This document shows positions 52,901 through 63,078 of a DNA stretch of 64,000 bases, in pieces (position 1 is the stretch's first letter; every line of letters starts with the position of its first letter). This DNA comes from an uncultured Planctomycetaceae bacterium. Its GTDB lineage: Bacteria > Planctomycetota > Planctomycetia > Isosphaerales > Isosphaeraceae. The DNA lies in assembly GCA_963833985.1 (NCBI GenBank), contig CAWIAD010000002.1:6560001-6624000 (forward strand). Reading direction: 5' to 3'. The notes under the pieces were generated by a model, which was given only the letters and a program-made list of their open reading frames with translations, was not told the origin of the DNA and ran no database searches. Both the position numbers and the translations under genes were made by a program.

Positions 52901-53461
52901 GATGATGACGAAAACGCTCGCCATGTACCCCGAAGATCCATTCTCGCGGGGAGAACTGGCCAACGATTGCCTGCTCTTCGGATCGGCACTGGCAAGGACC
53001 GGACAGCACGAAAAGGCGGCCGCGGTCTATCGTCAGGGCATCGACCATTTCGGGAGGCTGTTCCCGCATGGATCGGAATCGCATGGGATCTCATGGTTCG
53101 AAAAAAGCTATGAGGGACTGATCGAATCGCTGCTGCTCCTGGGGAGGCCGGATGAAACCATTCAGGCCATCGCCGAGTACCACCGGGGCGTGGCCGGTCA
53201 GGGGAGAGGGCTGTACAACGTGGCCTGCTATTTCGCGCGGTGTGTGCCCATGATGGGGACCCCAGTTCTGCGGGAGGCCCGGGCCGCCGAGGCAATCAAG
53301 ACGCTCCGGCAGGCGGCCGCCAGCGGCTGGAGCGATGCCTGGCTCATGGCCCGTGACCCCGACCTGCGCCGGTGCGTGACCGTGACGAGTTCCGCCGGCT
53401 CCAGACCGAGCTCCTGGACCGTGGTTTCCCGGCGAATCCCCTGGCGTCCGGCCCGCGCTGA
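49997..53461 (+). CDS. Ser/Thr kinase-TM-TPR protein (frameshifts near 50300, 51627 and 53367)
   Basis: REGGLG, HRDLKPHN, DWG and GSPPYMSPEQ motifs; TM helix; TPR-like helices; reconstructed end DPDLAPVR...DRGFPANPLASGPR* resembles the end of 783..3752. Confidence 0.88.
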
Positions 53462-53720
53462 TGGCCTGGATAACGGTACTGGAGCAGAGTGCCGGGAAGT
53501 TACGAAGTAAGAAAGCCGTGGCACAGCGGCCGGACGCTCGAGCATGAGAAAACCAGACGCGCGAGCTCACGGCGCTGCCGGCACAGCCGTGCCGCTTTGA
53601 TGGCTCGAAGCGGACCTCTTCGCTTTCGCCTGTTTTCACGGTTTGCGCCCTCGGATAAGCTAAAAATCAGTCCACCGGGGTCCACGCAGTACTCCTTGAG
53701 CCGGATAGGGCGGGTTGACC

Positions 53721-54789
53721 ATGCGCAAGTGTCTTCCAGCAGCGGCATTCCACGCGCCGGTCTTCGATCGCCGGACCTTGCTGAACCTCATGCTGGGCGG
53801 GATCTGCGGTGCCGGCACGGCAGCCGCCCGGCCGGTGATCCAGGATGCTCCGAAGGCCGCGGGTGCGGCCCGGAACGATGGGCCCAGGCCGGCCCTGGCA
53901 CCGCCGCCGACACCCGACGCCGAGCTGGCCGAGGCCCGAGACCGGCTGGAACGGGCTGGAATCAGCCCGCTGAATGTGGTTCGCTCAGCCCATTACGTGG
54001 CCGTCGGCGATGCGCCTGAGCCGTTCATGAGGGTCATCCTGGGCGATTGCGAGCAGCTCGCGGCCGATTTCCTGCGGTTCTTCAGCGGGCTGGGCTTCCG
54101 CGTGCAGCTTCCCCAGCGGCCTTTGCTGGTGATCATGTTCCGCGACGACCGATCGTTTGGCCGGTTCTTCCATTTGCCCTCGCTGCTGGAGGCGGCCGCC
54201 AAGGGCCGGCCCGTCCAGCCCGCGGGCATTTACGACCGCTCGACCAACGTGCTGCACGTGTTCGACTGGCGGAACGTCCCCATGGAGCCGCGCGCCTCGC
54301 ACCGCAACATGGAAACGCTGGCCCACGAGGGAACTCACCAGCTTTCGTTCAATACGGGATTGCTGAACCGCCAGGGCGACACGCCCCTGTGCCTCATCGA
54401 GGGCCTTGGCACATTCGGCGAGCCGAGGAAAACCCTTGGGCCCAGTGAGGCTCGGAAGACTCAACCTGCGGCGCATGGACGACCTGGCCCGGATCCAGCG
54501 GCGCGTGCCCTGGATTCCGGTCCGCGAGCTGCTCTCCAACGACAACGTCCTCCGCGCCGGCAACGCCGCGCGGGTCATGCTGGCGTACGCCGAGAGCTGG
54601 CTGCTGATCCATTACTTGCTCAGGAACCCCGAGGCCATGCCCGGGTTCCGGCACTATCTCCAGGCCATCGCTACGCGCACCAAGGGCGATCAGCGGGTCG
54701 GCGACGCGCAGGCGAGCCTCGGCGATCTGGACCGGCTTGATCAAGAGCTGCGCCGCTACGCCGTCCGGCTCCAGCTCTCTTTGCGTTAG
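53721..54789 (+). CDS. DUF1570-like zincin metallopeptidase-domain protein, Tat-like signal (frameshift near 54449)
   Basis: FDRRTLL; HEGTHQ followed by EGLG; YAESWLLIHYL in the second frame. Confidence 0.82.
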
Positions 54790-54968
54790 GGCCGCCACCG
54801 CGATCTGTGCGCGTTGCGGTAAGGAATCTCTGTTCTGTACGTAAAGGTGTGAGGTGGAGACATTCCGCTCCATGCCCTGAACCGCGTCCGCGCGCAGTGT
54901 TCCGCCCCAGGGCGGTGCAGAAGCGTCGCCGGGGCCCTCACGCGGCCGCTTGCTCAAGGTCCAGAACC

Positions 54969-57900
54969 ATGGCAACCCTCCCGGACATGCTCGAACCGGA
55001 GTTCTCCCCCGCGGAATGCCAGGAGCTCGGGCATCTGGACTATTACAGCCGCAAGCTGGGCGAGTTGAACGACCGCGGGCTGATCGGTCTGGACGCGTTC
55101 CGGACCGCCGTGAAAGAGATCCAGCAAGACCGCGCGGCCATTAGCCGGAAGGGCATCCATCGCGGTCAGGTCTCCAGGACACGCAGGCTACTGGCCGATG
55201 GCGACTGCGCCGGAGCCAGGACGTGGGCCGCTCAAGCCCGGTCGACCGAGCCGCGTGAACGGACGGCGTGGGAGCTGGAAATCAAGGCCTGCGAGCGGCT
55301 CGGTCTGGAGGACGAGGCGATCTCGCTGGCCGAAGAGGCGGCCGCGAACTTCCCGGAGATGGCGGCCATTGCTGCCCAACTGCTTCGCGCCCGGCAAGCG
55401 CACCAGGTCGTAGAGAAACGGCTGGAGCAGCTCAGGCACAACCCAGCGCCCGGGCATCGACAACCGGCACCTGCACCGGCGGCCGCACCCGCGACGGCCC
55501 CCGGACCTGAACCCGCCGAGACGGTCGCCGACAATTTCCTGGAACCGAGCATCCTGTCCGAGCGCCCTGCGCGGAAGCCTGAACCCATGGTCGCGGTGCC
55601 GTCATGGTCAAGCGTGGCGGGCGAGTTCTTGCAGGTGCACTGGCAGAAGCTGATCCTCTGCCTGGCCGTGCTGCTGATCGTGGTCAGCTCGACGGTTGGT
55701 GCACACCTGCTGCTGGGGGAGCGGCTCTGGGCTCCGCTGGGCAAGTGCTCGCTGGCAATGGTGGCCACGCTTCTGTTCGCCGCGCTGGGGGCCGGGCTGG
55801 TGCGCTGGGGAGCGGAGCGCGCCGGGCAGATGATGCTGATCACCACGCTGAGCATCGTACCGATCCACTTCATGCTGGACGGCGAACTGCGGCTGGTGCT
55901 GGAGCCCACGGTCCCGCGGCTCGCCGGCTTCGTCATCCAGGCGGGTGCGCTGCTGGCGCTGGCACGGGCGATCGCCGCCATGCTGGTGCCCGGCAGGGAT
56001 GCCTGGCGGCTGGCCCTGCCGCTGGTGCTGATGAGCGCGTTCAACGTCATGTTGGCTCGCGGAGCGCCCGGCCCCTGGGAGTGGCAGTTCGCGGCGTACC
56101 AGATGCCCGCACTGCTCTTCCTGGCCTCGATCGCGGGGCTGCGTGTGCGGACGCCCGCCCCTTCGGCCGAGGCCAACCGCTGGTTTGGCCACCTGCTGCT
56201 GGGATTGCTGGGCTTCACTCTGGCGACGAGCCTGGTACGCTCCGGGGTGTACGCGCTTCAGCTCCCCCCTGCCCTGCACGCGGTGCCGGTGATGCTCATC
56301 GCCGTGGGTAGCGTCACAGGAGCGCGATGGCTTGCGGCGTACGAGCCCGACCCACGCCAGTTGGCGCTCATGCGCCTGGGCGGCAACGTGCTGGCGGGGC
56401 TCGCGTTCGCCCTCGCACTCTCAAGCCCGCCCTCGGCGTCGGCCCTCCAGAGCGGAAACACGCTCGCGGTCGCCGTGCTCGGTCTCTTTCTCTTCGGCGG
56501 ATCGCTGCGCGCCGACCGCTTGCCCGCCTATGTCTACGTGGCTTTCGCCGCGTTCTTCGTGGCGTATTTCGCGGCCTACGCCCTGGCACGCGACCTGATC
56601 TTGCCTATCGATGGCCCAGCGCGGCAGGTGCTGCTGTGGGCCGGTTCGCTGCCGGCGTCTTACCGGGCACTCAACGGGCTGGTGTTCAACCTGGCTCTGG
56701 GCCTCACGGCGCTCTGGCTCCGAGGACGCTGGAACGACGGGCGGCTGGCGCGACATTGCCATCGGCTGGGCTTACCTCTCGCGCTGGCGGCCTGCATCCT
56801 GAGCCTCGGCAATGCGCAGGCCGCGATCCTCTGCCTGTCGGGATACACCGTCCTCTTCCTGCTGGGATGCTGGTCCTTCTCGGCGCCCCTGGTCCAGTAC
56901 CCGGCGATCGCGGCGCTGGCCACGGCCGCCTATTTCGGGTCGACCCTCGTACCCGCCCTCACGATCATGGACCAGGCGCTCATGGCCGGGGGCATCGCGC
57001 TGCTCTGCGCCCTGGTGGTCCTGCTGCTCCGCGGCCGAGATGCCGGGGAAGCGTTCCGGCTGCCCTGGGCTCACGGCGCCCTTTTGCTTTCCGGGGTGAG
57101 CCTGGCTGTGGCCACGGCGATGATGCTGCGGGCCGGCGCCCCATCGTTGCCCGGAGCTCTCTGCTTCGCGGTCGTGAGCCTGACGGCCTGCTTGCTCACC
57201 CTGGATCGCCGGGATGCGTCAATCGCCTTCCTGGCCGTGCTCGCGGCCAACGTGAGTGCCGGCCTGGCGATCGTCTCCGAAAACACGAGTGCTCGGTGGG
57301 GCCTTGGACTCGATCACTACGCGATGCTCGCCTCGGCCGCGGGACTGGTCGAGGTAAGCCTGGGAACCCGGCTGCGGCAGAGGCGTCACGACGGCTCCTT
57401 CGGCCGGAATCCAGGTTGCTATGACGGACCGCTGGAGTTCCTGGGGCTCTTATGGGCGGTGGGTGTGATCCTGCTGAGCGCCGGCTGCCTGCCCTTGCCG
57501 GTAGCCGCCCACAACGCTCCGCGGCTTCTCCATCTCGCCATCGCACTGGCTGGCTGCTCCGTGGCATGCGCCATCAAAGCATTCCGGACTGACGGGGGAA
57601 AATGGCTGGCTCACTTGACGGTCTGGAGCGGCCTGGCCTCGTACCTGGCCGTTGTGCTCTCGGCCCTGGCGTACCTTGCCGCGCCGCACATCGCGGCCTG
57701 CGTGCTGGTGGCACTGGGCGCGGCGAGCTTGCTGCTGCCGGAGATTGCGAAACGGCGACGGCCGACCCTGGAGAGGTTTCGCTTCGCGCTGCTGTCCGCG
57801 GCCCTGGCGCTGCTGGCCGTCGCCCTGCCCGGCGGCTTCCTGTTCTGGCGTCCGGACGATCTGGTCGGCCTGGCGCTGGGGCTGTGCGGGCTGGCTCTGG

Positions 57901-60900
57901 TGAACATCCAGGAAGAGCTGCCGCAACGGGGACTGGCCCACGCTGCGCTGGTCGCGTTCTTCGGCGTCTGGCTCAAGCTCGCCGGCGCGCTGCACCACCT
58001 GGTGGTCCCGACCTCGTCACTCTGGCTGGGTCTGTGCCTTGGCACTTACGGCCTGGTGTTGCTGGGTATGCTCGAGATCATTCGTGTGTGCTCGCGAAGT
58101 GATCCGGTGATTCCTTTACAGGTGGACGCGCTCTTCACGTCCGGGCGTTCCGGCCGACCGCGGGCACGGATCTTCTCTGTGGCGATCCCCGTCTTCGTGG
58201 TCGTGGCCAGCTTCGCGGCCGACGCCATGGCCTGGATGAACCTGGAGCGCTGGGCGTGGAGCGGCCTGATCCTGGTTCTCGTGGCCGGTGGCTTGCTGTG
58301 GGCCTCGCGCTTCCTCCGCGAGGCGGTTCTGGTGTATGCGGGGACCTGGCACGCCGTGGGTGGCGTTGCGTGCCTCTCACTGGCGCTCCGGGACTCACTG
58401 ATGCTGACGGATTGGTGGGGCGAGGGAGGCCGTCTGGGATGGCTGGCCGTCACGCTCGCCGTGTCTGCGCTGGCTCTCTGGGCCGCGGCCCTTGCCGCCA
58501 GGAAGCTCGGACTCGAGGTCCTCCACGGCATGCCCTGCCTGAACACCGCCCTGGGGCTGACCGGACCGGTGTTCGTCCTGGCCTTGTGGGCGCGGCTGCT
58601 GGGGAGTGACGGCTTCGAGCTGGCTGCCGCGGCTCTGGTTCTGAATGCCCTGGTTTGCGGGCTTCTCGCCAAGACCAGGCGCTGGCCGTGGCTGGTCCAC
58701 GCCGCGGTGGCGTCGTTCCTCACTGCCAGCTACGTGGTCTTGCTGAGTGTGGGCGAGCCCGATCCCGAGCGGGCCTACGTCCTCGGCCTGAACGCGGTGG
58801 TGCACGGCCTGGCGGTCTGGATGCTGGGAGATCTTTACCGGCGGACCGGACGCCCCTGGCTGCTCCGGTGCACCCGGCCGCTGTTCCACCAGGCCCTGTT
58901 GCTCACGGTGCTGGCCATACCGCTGGCCTACCGCTCGACCGTGACGATGAGCCTGGTAGCGGTCTCGTTCCTCCTCTGCGTCAAGAGCCTGCCCGCGGCG
59001 GGCTGGATCTATCCGGCACTCGCCGCTGGTGCTGCCGCGATCTACTTCCCCTGGCTCTCCCACGTGGGGCACGTCGCGCTGATCGCCGCCTGCCTGGGAT
59101 TCGCCTATGTGCTCTGGGGGATCGCACTGATCGTACGGCCGGCCAGGCCAGGGCTGATGAACTGGCTCGGGTTGCAGGCGCTCGATTACGAGCGGCCACT
59201 GTTTCATTCGGCCGGAGTTCTCGGCCTTGTCGCGCTGTCACTCAAGTTCGATGGCGGTATGGACACGGCCCGGCAGTGGACCGGGCATCCCTGGGTGCCC
59301 CTGGCGCTGGCCCCCCTGGCGCTGGGGATGCTGCGCGTCCACCCGCGGCGCCCATTCGTGCACCTCAGCCTTGGCTTCCTGGTTTGGGCGTGGATCTCCG
59401 CAGTGGCTCCCACGCTTGGCGATCCCCATTTTCTGCTGCTAGCGCTGGCCACCATCGCACTGGGCCTGAAGCTGGCGGCTCTGCTGTTCCGGCGCAACGA
59501 GCAAGCCCTGTCCGATCACCTGGCGCTGGGCGACGTCCTGGTGGGCGAAGTCATCCTGAGCTGGTGGCTCGTCCTGGGGATACTGGCGGTCATGCTCAGC
59601 TCAGCCCTGGTGATCACCGGCATGGCGGGCTCTCTGACCCAGGCGCCGGTGGGGCTCCCTTTCTCCCAGGGAATCGACTGGTGGGTGGCCGCGGTTGCGA
59701 TCGCGCTTTGCGGGGCTCTGGTCAGCTTGGCGCGACACGACGACACGGTGGGCCATCTCATGCCCGTCGATGGCTTCACAGTGGTCCTGGAGTCGATCGG
59801 TGTGATGCTGGTCTGGTGGCTGGGAATCGCGGGCTCTCCGCTCCACGCTTGGGGGTGGGCCCTCTCCGGTTATCACGCCCTGGCCACCTCTGTGGCCTGC
59901 CTGCTTATCGCCGACTGGAACTCGCGGCGCGTCCAGCCGGGCCGGCGACGGCGAGAACAGACCCTGCTGGCGTCTTTCTTGATGGTGCTCGCGCTCCTGG
60001 CAGTGCTGTTCACCCTCGGCCGGGAGAACACGACGACGGTGACGACACTGATTCTCGCGGCCCTGGCGCTGGGGCTCTGGGCGGTGCGGCAGGAGGAGGT
60101 CTGGGCGAGCTACCTGGCCGGTCTCTTCTGGTTGGCCGGGGGACTGACGGCGGGGCTGGTCCCGGGACGATCCTGGGGCTGGACGGCCCTAGAACCCCGA
60201 CTGATCAGCGCCGCGGTGGGCGAGGTCGGGGCCATCTTCGTCCTGGCCGCGGTGACGGGATGGATGCGCTTGCTGATATCGGTCCGGGAACGCTGCAAAC
60301 CTGCGCTGGCTTCGTCCGCGAAAAGGTCAGCGCTCGTGCTCCTGCTGGCACTGGAGCGGGTGGCGTTCGGCGGCTCACTACTCGCGGCCGCCCTGGTGGC
60401 CCGGGGTACAAGCCATGTGCCCCCGATCGCCTGGCTCATGCCCGCGAGCGTCGTCACGCTCCTCTCTCTCTCACTCTTCTACCTATCGCTCACCCGTCGC
60501 TGGCAGACGGAGTGGCTGGTTTACCTGGCGCAGGCGTGCCTCGTCGGGGCTTACGTGGAGTATCGTCTCCCGGCTCCCGCGAGCGCCGCGGTCGATGCCG
60601 CGGTGATCCTGCTCTTCGCCTTCGCGGATCTGGGGATGGCTGAAATCATGGAGCGGTTCCAGTTCCGTCTCTTCATCCGGCCCACGCGGTACGCGGCGCT
60701 GGTGCTGCCGGTGCTGCCTTTACTCCGCCTGGTCGAGGCTGGCGGGCTGAACGACGCGACGACGTTTCAACTGCTGGCAGCCGGCACGTTCTACGCGGTC
60801 GCCTGCGGCACGCTTCAATGGAAGTCGCTGGGTTACGCGGCGGGCGTGCTCTACAACGCGGCACTCTGGGTGCTCTGGGGACAGATGGGCTGGCAGCTTG

Positions 60901-61340
60901 CCGACCATACTCAGTTCTACTTCGTTCCAGTGGGGCTTTCCGCCATATCGTTCGCCGAGGCGAATCGCCGGGACCTGGGGCGGGTGACCGTGAATACGAT
61001 CCGCTCGGCGGGGCTGATCACGAACTACCTGGCACTGGCCGCGCCGATCTGGCAGTTTCGCAGCTTCGGAGACTGGGTGGCGCTCCTGCTGGGATCGCTC
61101 CTGGGAGTCTTCGCGGGAATCGGACTGCGGCTCCAGACGTTCGTCTGGCTGGGGCTGGTCACGTTCCTGGCCGACGTGCTCTACGAACTGGGGCGGCTCA
61201 GTCTGGATCACGCCCTGGCGAAGTGGGCGATCATGCTCAGCCTGGGCATCCTGCTGGTGTTCTTCGTGGCGCTCAACGAGAAACGGCAAATCGTGGCGGC
61301 CCTGCGGGGCTGTTTTGACGAGGTTTGCTCCTGGGAGTAA
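54969..61340 (+). CDS. Very large polytopic membrane protein (2123 aa)
   Basis: Uninterrupted ORF: about 210-aa soluble helical N-terminus with a Pro/Ala linker, then dozens of hydrophobic helices to the C-terminus. Confidence 0.88.
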   Translation: MATLPDMLEPEFSPAECQELGHLDYYSRKLGELNDRGLIGLDAFRTAVKEIQQDRAAISRKGIHRGQVSRTRRLLADGDCAGARTWAAQARSTEPRERTAWELEIKACERLGLEDEAISLAEEAAANFPEMAAIAAQLLRARQAHQVVEKRLEQLRHNPAPGHRQPAPAPAAAPATAPGPEPAETVADNFLEPSILSERPARKPEPMVAVPSWSSVAGEFLQVHWQKLILCLAVLLIVVSSTVGAHLLLGERLWAPLGKCSLAMVATLLFAALGAGLVRWGAERAGQMMLITTLSIVPIHFMLDGELRLVLEPTVPRLAGFVIQAGALLALARAIAAMLVPGRDAWRLALPLVLMSAFNVMLARGAPGPWEWQFAAYQMPALLFLASIAGLRVRTPAPSAEANRWFGHLLLGLLGFTLATSLVRSGVYALQLPPALHAVPVMLIAVGSVTGARWLAAYEPDPRQLALMRLGGNVLAGLAFALALSSPPSASALQSGNTLAVAVLGLFLFGGSLRADRLPAYVYVAFAAFFVAYFAAYALARDLILPIDGPARQVLLWAGSLPASYRALNGLVFNLALGLTALWLRGRWNDGRLARHCHRLGLPLALAACILSLGNAQAAILCLSGYTVLFLLGCWSFSAPLVQYPAIAALATAAYFGSTLVPALTIMDQALMAGGIALLCALVVLLLRGRDAGEAFRLPWAHGALLLSGVSLAVATAMMLRAGAPSLPGALCFAVVSLTACLLTLDRRDASIAFLAVLAANVSAGLAIVSENTSARWGLGLDHYAMLASAAGLVEVSLGTRLRQRRHDGSFGRNPGCYDGPLEFLGLLWAVGVILLSAGCLPLPVAAHNAPRLLHLAIALAGCSVACAIKAFRTDGGKWLAHLTVWSGLASYLAVVLSALAYLAAPHIAACVLVALGAASLLLPEIAKRRRPTLERFRFALLSAALALLAVALPGGFLFWRPDDLVGLALGLCGLALVNIQEELPQRGLAHAALVAFFGVWLKLAGALHHLVVPTSSLWLGLCLGTYGLVLLGMLEIIRVCSRSDPVIPLQVDALFTSGRSGRPRARIFSVAIPVFVVVASFAADAMAWMNLERWAWSGLILVLVAGGLLWASRFLREAVLVYAGTWHAVGGVACLSLALRDSLMLTDWWGEGGRLGWLAVTLAVSALALWAAALAARKLGLEVLHGMPCLNTALGLTGPVFVLALWARLLGSDGFELAAAALVLNALVCGLLAKTRRWPWLVHAAVASFLTASYVVLLSVGEPDPERAYVLGLNAVVHGLAVWMLGDLYRRTGRPWLLRCTRPLFHQALLLTVLAIPLAYRSTVTMSLVAVSFLLCVKSLPAAGWIYPALAAGAAAIYFPWLSHVGHVALIAACLGFAYVLWGIALIVRPARPGLMNWLGLQALDYERPLFHSAGVLGLVALSLKFDGGMDTARQWTGHPWVPLALAPLALGMLRVHPRRPFVHLSLGFLVWAWISAVAPTLGDPHFLLLALATIALGLKLAALLFRRNEQALSDHLALGDVLVGEVILSWWLVLGILAVMLSSALVITGMAGSLTQAPVGLPFSQGIDWWVAAVAIALCGALVSLARHDDTVGHLMPVDGFTVVLESIGVMLVWWLGIAGSPLHAWGWALSGYHALATSVACLLIADWNSRRVQPGRRRREQTLLASFLMVLALLAVLFTLGRENTTTVTTLILAALALGLWAVRQEEVWASYLAGLFWLAGGLTAGLVPGRSWGWTALEPRLISAAVGEVGAIFVLAAVTGWMRLLISVRERCKPALASSAKRSALVLLLALERVAFGGSLLAAALVARGTSHVPPIAWLMPASVVTLLSLSLFYLSLTRRWQTEWLVYLAQACLVGAYVEYRLPAPASAAVDAAVILLFAFADLGMAEIMERFQFRLFIRPTRYAALVLPVLPLLRLVEAGGLNDATTFQLLAAGTFYAVACGTLQWKSLGYAAGVLYNAALWVLWGQMGWQLADHTQFYFVPVGLSAISFAEANRRDLGRVTVNTIRSAGLITNYLALAAPIWQFRSFGDWVALLLGSLLGVFAGIGLRLQTFVWLGLVTFLADVLYELGRLSLDHALAKWAIMLSLGILLVFFVALNEKRQIVAALRGCFDEVCSWE

Positions 61341-61450
61341 CGCCAGTCACAGGCCCGCATCAAGAAGGCAGCACGGCCCGGCGCCGAGAGCCAGGCTCTC
61401 CGCAACGGGCCGTGCCAGGTGCCGGCAGAGAGATGCCGGCCGGGTTGGCT

Positions 61451-62647
61451 TCAGTTGGCCTTGGGGTTGAGACTTGCGGAGCCGGGCAGCGGGGGCAGCA
61501 AGGCCGTGGTCTCCTCGGCCGAGGGAATGAACTTGCCGACGGTCTGGCGTACCTGTTGCGAGCTGTCGGAACGAGCCATCTCGGCGAGCCTGCGCTTCAC
61601 GGAGACCGGGGGCGAGGGCTGCGCGGCCAGGGCCTGCGCGGCCATGATCCGCACCGTCTCGTCCGCATCGTGCGAGAGCCGCAGCAGCCAGACCACCCGA
61701 TCGATGTCGGTGCGGTTCTTGATCAGGCTGATGACCGAGCAGCGCTGGGCCGGCCTGGGACTGACCATCAGACCACCCAGGCTGATCTGCTCGCGAGTGA
61801 GGCCGCGAGCCTTGAGCACGGTCGTGGCGGTGTCGCGGATGGTGACGTCAGAATCGTGGAGCCGTCGCAGCAGCATGTCGTCGGTCAGCAGGTAGGGGCG
61901 CTGGGCAAATGACACCAGGGTCTGGCGGCGGACGTCGACGTTGTCGTTGTCCTCGATGTAGGCGACGGCCGGCGCGGCTGCCGAATCGATCGGCAAGAAG
62001 CCCAGGCAGTGGATCGCGCCGATGCGGGTTTGCGGATCGGTGCTGGCCAGGCAGCGGACCACCGGCCGGTGCAAGGCCTCTTTCCAGGTGCCCAGGGCGT
62101 CTTCCTCGGTGACCAAAAGGGAACGGCCGGGCAGCCAGACCCAGAGCCGGCTGATCTGGTCCAGGGCCGTGTGGCGGACGTTGCCGTCGGCGTCGTCGAG
62201 GCAGGTTGCCAGGATGTCGCGCACGGGCGGCAGCGCGTCGATCCAGCGGGCTGATGTGATGTCGGGCGTGAACCGGTCGAGGATACCACAGGCCACGACG
62301 GCCGCCGAGGCACGCGCCGGGGGACTGTACTTGAAGAACCCGGTCCGCAGGGCGGCGAGGGTCACGAGCCAGCGCTCCGCGTCCTCATCATTGACTGCCT
62401 GACGCGGCGTTCCGTTTTGGGGGGAGAGCCGCTCCAGGAACACCGCGAGCGCACGGGGGTCGCCGTCGCGCAGTCCCTGGTCAAGATCCGCAAGGCTACT
62501 GGCCTGGCCCAGTGAGACGGCACTGCCTCCGCCGGGACGCATGTCCCGGTGCGTCATGGCAAAGTAGCCGAAGACCAGCACGGCGGCCACCATGGCACCG
62601 CCCAGAATGCCCGCAATCCAAAGCCTCGCTCGACGCCGCTCGGACAT
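61451..62647 (-). CDS. Membrane-anchored HEAT-repeat protein
   Basis: N-terminal TM; repeats LDDADGNVRHTAL, LASTDPQTRIGAI, LHDSDVTIRDTA and LSHDADETVRIMAA. Confidence 0.85.
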   Translation of the reverse strand: MSERRRARLWIAGILGGAMVAAVLVFGYFAMTHRDMRPGGGSAVSLGQASSLADLDQGLRDGDPRALAVFLERLSPQNGTPRQAVNDEDAERWLVTLAALRTGFFKYSPPARASAAVVACGILDRFTPDITSARWIDALPPVRDILATCLDDADGNVRHTALDQISRLWVWLPGRSLLVTEEDALGTWKEALHRPVVRCLASTDPQTRIGAIHCLGFLPIDSAAAPAVAYIEDNDNVDVRRQTLVSFAQRPYLLTDDMLLRRLHDSDVTIRDTATTVLKARGLTREQISLGGLMVSPRPAQRCSVISLIKNRTDIDRVVWLLRLSHDADETVRIMAAQALAAQPSPPVSVKRRLAEMARSDSSQQVRQTVGKFIPSAEETTALLPPLPGSASLNPKAN

Positions 62648-63078
62648 GGTTGCCTCCCTGCGAAGGTCTGGAACTTCATCCTTGGTATCACTTGACCGGC
62701 CGGAGATCGAGCGCACGTCCCTCCGGCCCTCAAGCGTATCCACCTCGACGGCGGGTGATCTTAATGAGAAAGTGATTTCCGGCAAGTCCACTCCCGAAAA
62801 CATTGGAGTTTTTCGATCCCGCTGCCGAAAGCCCGGACACGAGCAAGGCAATCCTCGATGATCAACCCTCGCCGAACGCCTTATTCTCCCCTGGTCTTTG
62901 CAATTTGCCTGAATTCTCTGTTCTTACCATGATTGTCGAATTTGCCTGGCTTGTTCAGAAGAGGGTCAGGAAAGTCGGGGGATCGGCCGATTTTAGAACC
63001 GGGAAATCGAGCGCGGCTCGGCCTGGAAGATGGGAGTTTCCGCGCAGGTCGCGGCGAGAGGCGACGGAGATTTCGAAC

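Noticed and set aside
53518..53545. Third copy of the ECF-like motif (GTGGCA-N18-GCAT) upstream of DUF1570
   Set aside because: Spacing is one base shorter, the TGGG tail is absent, and it overlaps a local GGCACAGC repeat; too weak to call
55455..55515. Low-complexity repeat-like DNA
   Set aside because: Simply the Pro/Ala linker of the large membrane protein
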